The notes: generated by a model from the sequence alone, not told the origin. A stretch of 55,170 nucleotides of DNA from Rhodospirillaceae bacterium (GCA_002700865.1 PAFB01000149.1:1-55170); one strand, 5' to 3'; numbered from the stretch's first letter, positions 1-8,860 are shown. Translations and numbers: made by a program.

Positions 1-138
1 CGAGCGGTCTTCGTTAGCCTCCATGGCCGCGCGGTCGCGGCGATCGCCGAGGGTGACGCGGTGGCCCTCGCGGGCCAGCAGACCGGCGATCAGGCCGCCC
101 GCCGGTCCGGCTCCGATAACGGCGACGCGCAGGCTCAT
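1..138 (-). CDS. FAD-dependent oxidoreductase/monooxygenase, N-terminal part (runs off window edge)
   Basis: Manual translation MSLRVAVIGAGPAGGLIAGLLAREGHRVTLGDRR shows a Rossmann GxGxxG motif. Its ATG overlaps the aldolase stop (ATGA). Confidence 0.8.
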   Translation of the reverse strand, partial: MSLRVAVIGAGPAGGLIAGLLAREGHRVTLGDRRDRAAMEANEDRS

Positions 139-896
139 GGTCTTTGCAGACGCCGCTTGAGGCCTTCGCTGGCCTCGGTTCCCGCCTGCTTGAGCAAGGC
201 AAGGTCGCTGCCCAGAACCAGCAGCCGGGCCCCGGCGGCGGCGGCGCGATGGGCGCCCTCGGCGTTCATGGCGAAGGTTCCAACCAGCTTGCCCGCCTTG
301 CCCGCCACCGCGAGCACGCGCTCGAAGGCCTCGGCGAGCCGCGGGTCGTCCATGCCGACACCGAGTGAAACGGCCATGTCCCCGGGACCGAAGAACAGCA
401 GGTCGATCCCGTCGGTTTTGGCGATGGCCCCGGCCTGCTCCAACCCGGCGGCGGTCTCGATCTGTGCGCAGACCAGCACCTGCTGATTGGCGGCGCGGAA
501 CATCTGCGGCATGGGAATGGCGCCGTAACCGGTCGCGGGTGTCAGTGGATGGACGCCGCGTGTGCCTTCGGGTGGATAGCGGCACCAGCTGGCCAGTTGC
601 TTGGCCTGCGCAGCGCTCTCGACCATGGGCGCTAGAATACCGTCAGAACCGGCTTCGAGCGCGTCCTGCACTGCCGCGCGGGCGAGTTCGGGGATGCGGG
701 TGATGGCGCTCAGGCCGGCGCGCTGGCTGGCCATGATCAGGCCAGCGGCGGTTTCCACCCCCATGACGGCGTGTTCGCGGTCAATGACGATGCAGCCAAA
801 TCCAGCCTGAGCCAACACGCCGGCGACGGCCGGGTCCTTCAGGGAGGCAAAGGTCGCGGTCATAGGGCCAGCGGCGAGGGTGGTCTTCAAGGTCAT
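135..896 (-). CDS. HpcH/HpaI aldolase family protein
   Basis: Motifs IDREH, ALEAGSDGILAPMVES, YPPEGTRG, AQIET and FFGPGDMAVSLG. ATG at 896 preferred; the ORF extends to 923. Confidence 0.9.
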   Translation of the reverse strand: MTLKTTLAAGPMTATFASLKDPAVAGVLAQAGFGCIVIDREHAVMGVETAAGLIMASQRAGLSAITRIPELARAAVQDALEAGSDGILAPMVESAAQAKQLASWCRYPPEGTRGVHPLTPATGYGAIPMPQMFRAANQQVLVCAQIETAAGLEQAGAIAKTDGIDLLFFGPGDMAVSLGVGMDDPRLAEAFERVLAVAGKAGKLVGTFAMNAEGAHRAAAAGARLLVLGSDLALLKQAGTEASEGLKRRLQRP

Positions 897-1141
897 AAGC
901 CGGGTCGCACGTGGTTTGCGCAAGCCACTAGAAAATCAGTTTAAAGCACCTAGAGCAATAGGCTGGCGATGTGGGCCAACCGCCCGAACGGATTGATTGT
1001 TCAGAAAGGCGTTTGGCAGCGGTGGCGGTTCCCCTGCACAAACTGCGCGAGATCGGTACAGGCTCTGCGCAGGATCGCGCATTTCGTCAGCCCCTGCGAT
1101 CAACGACCCTGCCGCCTGACCAACCAACTCAAGAGGTAACA

Positions 1142-1276
1142 ATGAACGAAAAACCCCGCTGCGGCTGCGGCCACTCCGTCACCGGTTTCTGCATGGGCTG
1201 GCACGCCCTGTCTGAAGAGGACTATCAGAAGAAAAAAGAGGCCTACGAGCTCAAGCAGCAGAACAAAGAGCGTTGA
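1142..1276 (+). CDS. Small CDGSH-like (Fe-S/Zn-binding) protein, 44 aa
   Basis: MNEKPRCGCGHSVTGFCMGWHALSEE matches the C-x-C-x2-S-x4-C-x-G-x-H spacing. RBS gaggt lies just upstream of ATG 1142. Confidence 0.7.
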   Translation: MNEKPRCGCGHSVTGFCMGWHALSEEDYQKKKEAYELKQQNKER

Positions 1277-1328
1277 AGCAACCCGGCCGGTCGCCAATAT
1301 AGGCCGACAACGGCAGCAACAGGCGGGG

Positions 1329-2237
1329 GTGAGCGTGGTCGCGTGGACGGAAGTCAGAAGCGCCTACATGGTGGCGAAGCTTGGCACCGTCTCGGCGGCA
1401 GCCGATGCGCTGGGCGTGCACCGCGCCACCATCCTCCGCCATATCGACGCGCTGGAAACCGAGCTAGGGTCGAAGCTGTTCCAGCGCCACCAACGCGGCT
1501 ACACGCCTACCGACGTGGGCCAAGAGCTACTTGAAGTCGGCAGCCGCGCAGATGACGAGCTGACCCAGTGGCTGGGCCGAGCACGACACCGGCGGGACGA
1601 GCCCTCGGGCGAGCTAATCATCACCGCCTTACCCGGCTTCGAAGTTACGCTAGTGCGCGCCATGATCCGCATGCAGCGGGATTTCCCCGCCGTCTCTTGC
1701 CGCATCGTCACCACCGAGCAACTGATGCGGATGGAATTTGGTGAGGCCCATGTTGCCCTCCGGGCAGGTGGTCGACCCAGCAACCCGGATTTCGTGGTGC
1801 TCCATCACAGTAGTCACAGCCTCGGCCTCTTCGCCCACAAGAGCTACACACAGCAGTATGGCATCCCGACCTCAGACGCCGACTTCGAACAGCACCGTTT
1901 CTGCGCGGGGGGCGAGGTCTCCTACCACGTCGGGCCGCTAGAATGGATTGAGCAGAACGTACCGCCAAAGAGCATTGCCCTGCGCACCGACAGCCTGCTG
2001 ATCGGGCACAGCGCCGTGGTCCAGGGCCACTGTATCGGCCCAATGTGGCAGGCCGAGGCCGAGCAAGACCCGGACCTCGTTGAAGTCGTGGCACCGCGCT
2101 CGGACTGGACAATTGATTTCTGGATTGTCACCCATGTTGATCTGCACCGTACCACCAAGGTGCGCTCCTTCGTCCATCGACTGAAGGAAATTGAACTCGA
2201 TCTGGGTGCTGCCCAGCGCCATTGGCCGAAACCCTAA
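1329..2237 (+). CDS. LysR family transcriptional regulator
   Basis: N-terminal HTH (GTVSAAADALGVHRATILRHIDALETELGSKLFQR), 302 aa, C-terminal WIVTHVDLHRTTKVRSF. Confidence 0.93.
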   Translation: MSVVAWTEVRSAYMVAKLGTVSAAADALGVHRATILRHIDALETELGSKLFQRHQRGYTPTDVGQELLEVGSRADDELTQWLGRARHRRDEPSGELIITALPGFEVTLVRAMIRMQRDFPAVSCRIVTTEQLMRMEFGEAHVALRAGGRPSNPDFVVLHHSSHSLGLFAHKSYTQQYGIPTSDADFEQHRFCAGGEVSYHVGPLEWIEQNVPPKSIALRTDSLLIGHSAVVQGHCIGPMWQAEAEQDPDLVEVVAPRSDWTIDFWIVTHVDLHRTTKVRSFVHRLKEIELDLGAAQRHWPKP

Positions 2238-2441
2238 CGCAGTTCGTGTAGGTTGTGGATGCCGGGCATAGTGATGAAACCAGTCAGAGTCCGAACGCGA
2301 TACAACCACGAGCGGATCGCCGGATCGCCGTCATGGTCCAGCCGCGCGATCCGCGACCAGCGAACATGGAATAAGGCACGGCAATCGCCATTTCTCAAAG
2401 CCCGTCAAAAGGCTCGAGGCGCAAAGGGCGGAGCATAGGGC

Positions 2442-3224
2442 TTAAAACAGGATACCGTACGATGGGTCGCGCAGCAGCGTGACCAATGCCGGTGCCCGTT
2501 GCTGCATCAGCGCGGGGGTATGGAGGCGCCACTCTTGGCCTATATCGTCGGCCCGCAGTCGGTTCAGTCCACGCATAGAGGTGATAGCCCAGAAGGTGAA
2601 CTCGGTCACCTGACAGCTGTAGTCACAGGTTCGATCATCGTAGGTGTAGTAAGCACCATTGGGATATCGGTTAGGCACGCGTGCGTGATAACCGCCGCGG
2701 GCTTCATCCATCAGGTCGGCTATGGCGCTACCACGGAACTCCCCGAAGATGTCCGGAAAGACTTCGGCGTAGCCAAACTGGGTGATGAGGTGCAGCGCCT
2801 CTTCGATGGTTGGGTCCCAGCCTTCACGGCCGCTGATGTCCATCTCGTCTTCGAAGACTGAGACGAGAGCATCGTAAGTCTCATGCTGGCTGTCATTCAG
2901 ACTGTCGAAAAGGCGGTCTGCTGCTCGCTCGTTTGGAAAGACGGCGAAAAACGCACCGCTATCGAGTACTTCATCGAGTACAACCGGGCTGTCAGGAACG
3001 CCATTCTGGTCGTAGTCAAGCAGGCTGCGCATCACCTTGTTTGCGTGAACAAGCGCGCGGTTGCTGACCTGGTCTGTGGCACAGACCGGAACGCCGAAGG
3101 TGTCGACGCCATTGCCCCGGAGCTTGTCCGGGCAGGTGCTCTGTGACAGAGCGGAACCGGGATGTACTAAAATCGCGACGAGCGCAAAGAGTGTTGCGTG
3201 AATGCCTGAATTGAGTAGGTGCAT
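2442..3224 (-). CDS. Secreted hypothetical protein, possible metalloprotein (EExxH zincin-like motif)
   Basis: Signal peptide-like N-terminus, DYDQNGVPD loop, EEALHLITQFGYA and CDYSCQVTEFTFW. Confidence 0.7.
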   Translation of the reverse strand: MHLLNSGIHATLFALVAILVHPGSALSQSTCPDKLRGNGVDTFGVPVCATDQVSNRALVHANKVMRSLLDYDQNGVPDSPVVLDEVLDSGAFFAVFPNERAADRLFDSLNDSQHETYDALVSVFEDEMDISGREGWDPTIEEALHLITQFGYAEVFPDIFGEFRGSAIADLMDEARGGYHARVPNRYPNGAYYTYDDRTCDYSCQVTEFTFWAITSMRGLNRLRADDIGQEWRLHTPALMQQRAPALVTLLRDPSYGILF

Positions 3225-3304
3225 GGCTTTCTATCCACTTTTTTAGGGGAATTCAGGTAGACACAAGCCCAGCTCTGTTGCCCGCAACAGCTTGCCTCCC
3301 GGCA

Positions 3305-3802
3305 CTAGCACTCGCCCTGCGCCAGAACCTTATCGACGACCGTCTGCAACCGCGTGCTGTAGAGTTCCGGCTGAAAACCTTCAGAAGCATAGAATTCGCA
3401 GTGAATGTCGACTTGCAGTTCCAGCAGATCAATCCACGCCTGGACATTGGGGACGTAAGCCAACACCTGTTCAAAAGTTTCAGTCATGAGCGTTACGTAC
3501 CAGAAATATCGCTCATCATCTTGCTCTGTGTACTCATAATCGCTGAGTAACCCACCGGAAATTGCCGGGTTGTCCATGGAAATTTTGAGAAAGTCCTTGA
3601 AGGCATCACGGGCAGCCTGCTCGTTCTGCACGGCCCACTGCTCCGTAACCTGCCAGTAAGCAATAACGCCAGCGGATATAGCAAGCGCTACTTGCAACAG
3701 CCCGGCCAGTGCCGCCCAAACCACAGAGTTATTGCCCGTGCGAACTACTGGGGCTGGAGCGTCGAGAGACAATGGGCCTTTGGCCTCATTCGAAGATGTC
3801 AT
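3305..3802 (-). CDS. Hypothetical membrane-anchored protein
   Basis: 165-aa ORF with one TM segment and an acidic C-terminal domain. A ggggag RBS lies upstream. Confidence 0.7.
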   Translation of the reverse strand: MTSSNEAKGPLSLDAPAPVVRTGNNSVVWAALAGLLQVALAISAGVIAYWQVTEQWAVQNEQAARDAFKDFLKISMDNPAISGGLLSDYEYTEQDDERYFWYVTLMTETFEQVLAYVPNVQAWIDLLELQVDIHCEFYASEGFQPELYSTRLQTVVDKVLAQGEC

Positions 3803-3829
3803 GGCCTGGTCTTCTCCCCCAAGAAAGGC

Positions 3830-4315
3830 TTAAGTGCATTTCCCAGTATAAAGGAATGCGGACGTGCTCAGCGAAACTTCATTGGAATAAACACTGCTAA
3901 TGTGAAGCACCATGCTCATCTCTCCGACATCGAAAGCAAAGTTAAAGCGCGTCATACCCGCCTCGATATCTGCTCCACCAGAGAGCGCAAGCACGCCCTG
4001 CTGAAAGGTATCGATACCAAAGGTATAGATATCGTTTAGGTCCAGATAATCGCTGCCTTCGGTACTTACGAAAACGGAAATCTCGCCCTTATCCGAAACC
4101 ACAAGCTTGTAGACGATATCTTCTGGCCCCAACGTATCGACGGTTAGGCCCCAACCCAGCCGATTTTCGGCCGTAGCACCGCCAGGCAGCTTCTCGAAAC
4201 CGACTATTTCCTCGACCGGACAAATGTAGACGTCGTCCGCGGCAACTGCTGTGCTCGCAATGGCCAAGGCCAGTACTGAGACCAGAAGGTCGCGGAAAAT
4301 AGGTATTGCTTTCAT
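3830..4315 (-). CDS. Secreted hypothetical protein
   Basis: aggag RBS, signal peptide ending AVA-ADD, and two Cys near the ends of the mature chain (YICP...GKCT). Confidence 0.75.
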   Translation of the reverse strand: MKAIPIFRDLLVSVLALAIASTAVAADDVYICPVEEIVGFEKLPGGATAENRLGWGLTVDTLGPEDIVYKLVVSDKGEISVFVSTEGSDYLDLNDIYTFGIDTFQQGVLALSGGADIEAGMTRFNFAFDVGEMSMVLHISSVYSNEVSLSTSAFLYTGKCT

Positions 4316-4371
4316 GGCTTTATCTCCTGGCTACAGCTCGCTTAGGTTCATTCTAGTGTCTTTTTAGGTGC

Positions 4372-4599
4372 TCAAGCAAATTCAGGGCTAAGCGCCCGGT
4401 GGAATGCGCGATAGTGCCTGAGCTGCGCCTCTTGCACTAAGACAGACATCACCCAGAAGTATACTCCATTGTTCGCAGGGAGAGCGGCCGGGCCATCGCG
4501 CTTAAGCTGTGCGAGAAAATATGCGCGCTGATTGCCGACGATCTCTGTGGTAACGTCCGATCGATGGTCAGGAAAACGAGCATTGAGGACGCGGACCAT
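4372..4599 (-). CDS. Short hypothetical ORF or gene remnant
   Basis: 75-aa ORF with protein-like composition, co-oriented with downstream genes. No clear RBS or motif. Confidence 0.3.
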   Translation of the reverse strand: MVRVLNARFPDHRSDVTTEIVGNQRAYFLAQLKRDGPAALPANNGVYFWVMSVLVQEAQLRHYRAFHRALSPEFA

Positions 4600-4672
4600 T
4601 TCATGAAGACAACGTCCGTGAGGCTAGCGACCAGCCGACAGTTAGGGATCGCATGATGGGGGCTTTCGGGTC

Positions 4673-6202
4673 ATGAGCGCCAGGGACAAAATTGAGCGAC
4701 TCCAGCAGCTTTTTCCCGGCAGCGTAACAGAAACTCAAGACCCCGAAACCGGGCAGGTTACGCTGCGGGTCGCACCCGAACAGCTGCACACGGCACTGCA
4801 GGCAGCGTTAGGCGACGCGTACTGCTCCGCTGAAAAGACCATGCTGACACAGGTCGAAAGCTACGCCTTCACATGGCCGGGGAAGACAGCAGCCCGGCAG
4901 CAGGCTACGGCCCCGGTTTCCGTGCAGTTTCAACCCCGCCCGGACCTGAGTAAGGACCCTGAGACCACCAGCAACCAGCTTATCATCGGCGATAACCTCG
5001 CTGCGCTGAAGCTGCTGCGGGAAGGGTCAGGCACCGACTCACTCGCCGGAAAGGTGCGTTTGATCTACATCGATCCACCCTACAACACCGGCAACGCCTT
5101 CATTTATCCCGATAACTTCCGCGAAAGCCTCCGCTCTTACACCGCGCGCAAACCCAAGACGACCGATCCAGAAGGCCAGAAGGCGTTCGACGACGACGCC
5201 GATCACCACGGCCGCATTCACGCGGACTGGCTGAGCTTCATGCTGCCGCGATTGATTGTGGCGCGTGACTTGCTGCGCGAAGACGGCTGCATCGTTATTT
5301 CCATTGATGAGCACGAGCTCCCCAACCTCTGGAAGCTCTGTGAAGAAGTGTTTGGCGCGGAAAACTTTGTCGAGTGCATGGTCTACGACAAGAAATCTTC
5401 GGCCAAAGGCGTTCCGCCAACGAAGATGATCGCCGGGGTTCACGAATACATGCTGGTTTTCCAGCGCTCTTCCGCCTTTTCATTCATCGGGCGACCACGC
5501 AGTGAGGAAGGCTTTTACAACCCCGACAATGACCCGCGTGGTCCCTGGCGCAACACCAACTGCAAATCGACCGTGAAAGACCCACGCGAGGCCTTCGACG
5601 TCGAAGATCCCGCAACCGGGCGACGGTTCCGCGATGTCTGGGCCTTTAGCCCAGCGGAAATGGCGCGCAAGGCAGCGGCGGGTGAATTGCTGTTCCCCAA
5701 GGCTGACGGCGGACAAGTGCGGATGAAGGAGTATTTCAACGCCTTCCGCAACGCCAACATTCCGATCAAATCGTCTTGGGGGCTCTATGATGCTCAATAC
5801 AACACCCAGTATCTGACCCGGCTTATGGGGACTAAGGTGTTCCTCAACCCCAAGCACATACGGTTGATGCGTGACCTGCTCGCCTATACTACGCAAGGAA
5901 ATGATATCGTACTGGACTTCTTCGGCGGCTCAGGCACGACAGCCGATGCGCTGCTGTCACTCAACGCCGAAGACGGGCATCAGCGACGCTTTGTGCTGGT
6001 ACAACTCGATGTGCCAGTGGAGCCGTCCTCGGCAGCAGGCAAAGCGGGCTACACGACCATCGCCGACCTGTGCCGCGACCGGATCAACCGCGCAGGTGCG
6101 GCGTTGAACCCGGCCGAGGCTCACCCCAACTGGGATGGGAATGTTGGCTATCGCGTGCTTGATCTTGGTCCGCCGACTCCTGTCGATCTGAAAGTGGATT
6201 GA
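4673..6202 (+). CDS. Type III R-M Mod-like adenine DNA methyltransferase (beta class), no adjacent res gene
   Basis: FTWPGK, IIGDNLAALKLL, IYIDPPYNTG, WLSFMLPRL, NPDNDPRGPW, PK, VLDFFGGSGTTA and RRFVLVQL. DPPY precedes FxGxG. Confidence 0.92.
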   Translation: MSARDKIERLQQLFPGSVTETQDPETGQVTLRVAPEQLHTALQAALGDAYCSAEKTMLTQVESYAFTWPGKTAARQQATAPVSVQFQPRPDLSKDPETTSNQLIIGDNLAALKLLREGSGTDSLAGKVRLIYIDPPYNTGNAFIYPDNFRESLRSYTARKPKTTDPEGQKAFDDDADHHGRIHADWLSFMLPRLIVARDLLREDGCIVISIDEHELPNLWKLCEEVFGAENFVECMVYDKKSSAKGVPPTKMIAGVHEYMLVFQRSSAFSFIGRPRSEEGFYNPDNDPRGPWRNTNCKSTVKDPREAFDVEDPATGRRFRDVWAFSPAEMARKAAAGELLFPKADGGQVRMKEYFNAFRNANIPIKSSWGLYDAQYNTQYLTRLMGTKVFLNPKHIRLMRDLLAYTTQGNDIVLDFFGGSGTTADALLSLNAEDGHQRRFVLVQLDVPVEPSSAAGKAGYTTIADLCRDRINRAGAALNPAEAHPNWDGNVGYRVLDLGPPTPVDLKVD

Positions 6203-6320
6203 TCCTATCTGACCGCCGCAGGTTTGCCTTGGGCCTCCTAAACCCCATCTCTGGCCCAACGTGTTTCTCCGCACAGGTTTACTGCTCCGCCCTCATCATC
6301 TCTTCTGGAAAGGTTCTCCT

Positions 6321-6518
6321 ATGGCACCCCTGATCGCCATTCTCCTGCTCGTCGGTCTCACCGTGGTCGTGATTGGCGCGCTCGCCATTCCGATGAATTT
6401 CTTCCGCTGGGTCGCGGGCGTCCGCGAGGAGCGGGACCGACTGGAGGCAGAATTGCTGGAGGCACGCCGCGAAATTCGCAGTCTAAAAGAAGAGCTGATG
6501 CGCCAGAACGACAGCTGA
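6321..6518 (+). CDS. Small membrane protein with coiled-coil tail
   Basis: MAPLIAILLLVGLTVVVIGALAIP TM segment followed by EERDRLEAELLEARREIRSLKEEL. Confidence 0.6.
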   Translation: MAPLIAILLLVGLTVVVIGALAIPMNFFRWVAGVREERDRLEAELLEARREIRSLKEELMRQNDS

Positions 6519-6592
6519 GTCGACACGCTCAGGCACGTGACACGGCGCTCGAAGCGCGTACCCACGGCGGCACTGTTCAGTATCAGCAGCGC

Positions 6593-7312
6593 TTAACCTG
6601 TGATGCCATGCCCCTTCATGGCCTCCAGATCAGCTTCGATCTCGGTCCAGTCATCGCGTGGCAGCACCACGCAGGGTTGGGCGATGTCTTCGAGCCACGA
6701 AAACACCGAAAAAAACGGCTGTTCGTAGGAGCGCGTTGCATGGGGGGCCATCGACGGATTGTAGACGAGGCTGCCTGGACCAAGATCACGCCAGCCACTC
6801 TGGCCAAAGCGCCAGCCAGACCGTGATGAGAGGTTTAAGTAAGTCTCCGGCGCCGGATGAGCATGGTCGCGGTAAAGCGTATGCGGGTGGAGCAGGAAGA
6901 ACCCAAGCGTAAAATCTGCGTGCTCGAAGCCACAGGCGCCGGGACCGATCAGCAACGTATGCAGATTACCATTTCGATAACCCAAGCCGACATCAGCGTC
7001 CGCAGCGTAATATTTCATCTGGTCCTCGGCCCAGACCAAATCATCGATCGCTGCCCTCAGAGCCCGTTGTAAGGGCAGGAGCAGCGGTGACTGCATCTGG
7101 TCAACAGCCTGGGTCAATAAGGGTTGATGACGGTCGGCGGAGCGGGGCGGACGATCGGTGAAAGCATCGCGGCTGAGCGCTGTCGTCTGCAAACGGTCTA
7201 GCGTGCGCTGCGCCGCCAAGGCAGTGTCCCCGGGCTCAGCAGCAGCGGTACGAAGCATGCCAGCGATAGCCTCGACCACCGCCCGCACACGCTCAAATCG
7301 ACCGGTCACCAT
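6593..7312 (-). CDS. Cupin DMSP-lyase-family protein (DddQ-like)
   Basis: LIGP, LGFFLLHPHTLYRDHAHPAPETYLNL (HxHxxxExY) and YNPSMAPHATRS...W cupin motifs. Lies 43 bp downstream of dddP. Confidence 0.75.
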   Translation of the reverse strand: MVTGRFERVRAVVEAIAGMLRTAAAEPGDTALAAQRTLDRLQTTALSRDAFTDRPPRSADRHQPLLTQAVDQMQSPLLLPLQRALRAAIDDLVWAEDQMKYYAADADVGLGYRNGNLHTLLIGPGACGFEHADFTLGFFLLHPHTLYRDHAHPAPETYLNLSSRSGWRFGQSGWRDLGPGSLVYNPSMAPHATRSYEQPFFSVFSWLEDIAQPCVVLPRDDWTEIEADLEAMKGHGITG

Positions 7313-7355
7313 CGGTGACCGCTAGATGTGCGATAACTCCGTCTCATACCGCCGC

Positions 7356-8735
7356 TTAGGCTTCGCCCATCAAACGAGCGTCGTAGGGAAACCGGGTGAT
7401 ATTCTCAAAGCCGGTTTCCGTTACAATAAGCTGGTCTTCAAGCTTGATGCAGAAATCGCCGTCTTCCTCACCAACCAGCGCCTCCACGCATAAGCACATA
7501 CCCGGCTCCAATTCATAATCGTTGGCGCCTTCCTGGAATTCTTCCTTGTAGGGGATGCAGGGCCACTCATCGCACAGACCAACGCCATGGAAGCGGCAGC
7601 TATACTGCCGTGCCACGTATTTGGGATCTAGCTGGTGACCGCCAAAGGTGAGCTCCTTCATCGTCGTGCCTGGTTTCACCAGCTGCTCGTTGGTGCGCAT
7701 GTGCTCGACCGCGTGCTTGTAAGCCTCGATCATGTCTGCGCGCGGTGCCTCGTCACCAATCCACCAGGTGCGGGAAATGTCGATGCAGAAGCCGTATATG
7801 CCGACGAGATCGGTATCGAAGGCAAGGATTTCGTTGTTCTGCAGCTTTCGCGGGCCACACTCCTGAAACCACGGGTTGGTTCGCGGGCCGGACGCCAGCA
7901 AGCGGGTTTCAATCCACTCGCCGCCACGCTTGATGTTGCCGGCGTGCAGAACGGACCAGATTTCGTCCTCGGTCATGCCCGGTTGAACTGCTGCCTGCAT
8001 CTCGTAAACTGATTGCTCACAGGACCAGCTCGCGCACTTCATGGCCAGCTGTTCATCGATGCTCTTGACGCTGCGGGCCTTCTCCATCGCCTCCTCACCG
8101 CGCATGACGGCGAAGCCTGCGTCGCGCAGCGCATAAAAACCATCGAGCATGATCTTGTCCACGCCCAGCCGCATATTCCCCCCGGCGTGCTCGGCCATCA
8201 GGTCGATGACTTGCTGTGCGAAGGCGTCTGCAGCCTGCTGGGTTCGGTCGCCGCTGGTAAAGTAGAACATGCTTGCTCCGCTCCGGACCTCCTGGACCAG
8301 CGGGTTGAAGTCACACAGGAAGGGGCTGTTTTTGTAGTCCCAGACCACGAGGTGCCCGTCCGCTGTCACCAAACAGGCGCGGAAGGGATTGTGGGTGTTC
8401 CACAACTGCATGCTGGTGCTGTCGCTGGCGTAGCGGATGTTCAGCGGGTCGAATAGCAGCACGCCGCCCCAATCACGTTCGTGCAGGGCTTTGACGATTC
8501 GGTCGAGCCGGTAGGCCCGCATAGCCTGCAGGTCCGGCGCTTGCAGCCCCGCCGCGTGCCATTCCTGCCAAGCCAGGTCAGTCGGTCCGATTTCAATGCG
8601 GTTGCCGTTGTTCGGGCTGCCATCGTCTAAGGTATCGCCACGCGCACGGTCGATCCGCACCGAAGGGGCAGCTTCGGCCTTTGAGCTTCCAAAAGGCATG
8701 ACCTTGCGGGTGTTGCTGTAAAACTCGCCATCCAT
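7356..8735 (-). CDS. dddP: DMSP lyase DddP (M24 metallopeptidase fold)
   Basis: Characteristic NRIEIGPT-LA-EW-AAGL N-terminus, FDPLNIRYASDSTSMQLWNTHNPFR, GGEWIETRLLASGPRTNPWFQECG, and metal-ligand motifs FDTD, CIDISR, FHGVG, CVEA and KLEDQ. Confidence 0.92.
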   Translation of the reverse strand: MDGEFYSNTRKVMPFGSSKAEAAPSVRIDRARGDTLDDGSPNNGNRIEIGPTDLAWQEWHAAGLQAPDLQAMRAYRLDRIVKALHERDWGGVLLFDPLNIRYASDSTSMQLWNTHNPFRACLVTADGHLVVWDYKNSPFLCDFNPLVQEVRSGASMFYFTSGDRTQQAADAFAQQVIDLMAEHAGGNMRLGVDKIMLDGFYALRDAGFAVMRGEEAMEKARSVKSIDEQLAMKCASWSCEQSVYEMQAAVQPGMTEDEIWSVLHAGNIKRGGEWIETRLLASGPRTNPWFQECGPRKLQNNEILAFDTDLVGIYGFCIDISRTWWIGDEAPRADMIEAYKHAVEHMRTNEQLVKPGTTMKELTFGGHQLDPKYVARQYSCRFHGVGLCDEWPCIPYKEEFQEGANDYELEPGMCLCVEALVGEEDGDFCIKLEDQLIVTETGFENITRFPYDARLMGEA

Positions 8736-8818
8736 CCTGCGTATCCTCCACTACAATAACCTATCAAACACCCAGATAGCATTCCCGGTCGAGAGATCTT
8801 CCAATTTGCGTCACCGAT

Positions 8819-8848
8819 GCGACACCTTTGCACCCTTAAACCGCGACA
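8819..8848 (-). promoter_or_regulatory. Putative regulator box upstream of dddP (two GTGTCGC direct repeats)
   Basis: gcgacac at 8819 and 8843 on the + strand, 24 bp apart and about 85-115 bp upstream of the dddP start. Confidence 0.3.
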
Positions 8849-8860
8849 CGTTGACAACCG

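Noticed and set aside
2238..4672. Integron cassette array
   Set aside because: No repeated RYYYAAC...GTTRRRY attC structures were recognised and there is no intI.
4673..6202. Phase-variable mod (phasevarion)
   Set aside because: No simple-sequence repeat tract was seen in the gene or its promoter.
6593..7312. Assigning the symbol dddQ
   Set aside because: Cupin motifs alone do not separate DddQ from related non-lyase cupins.
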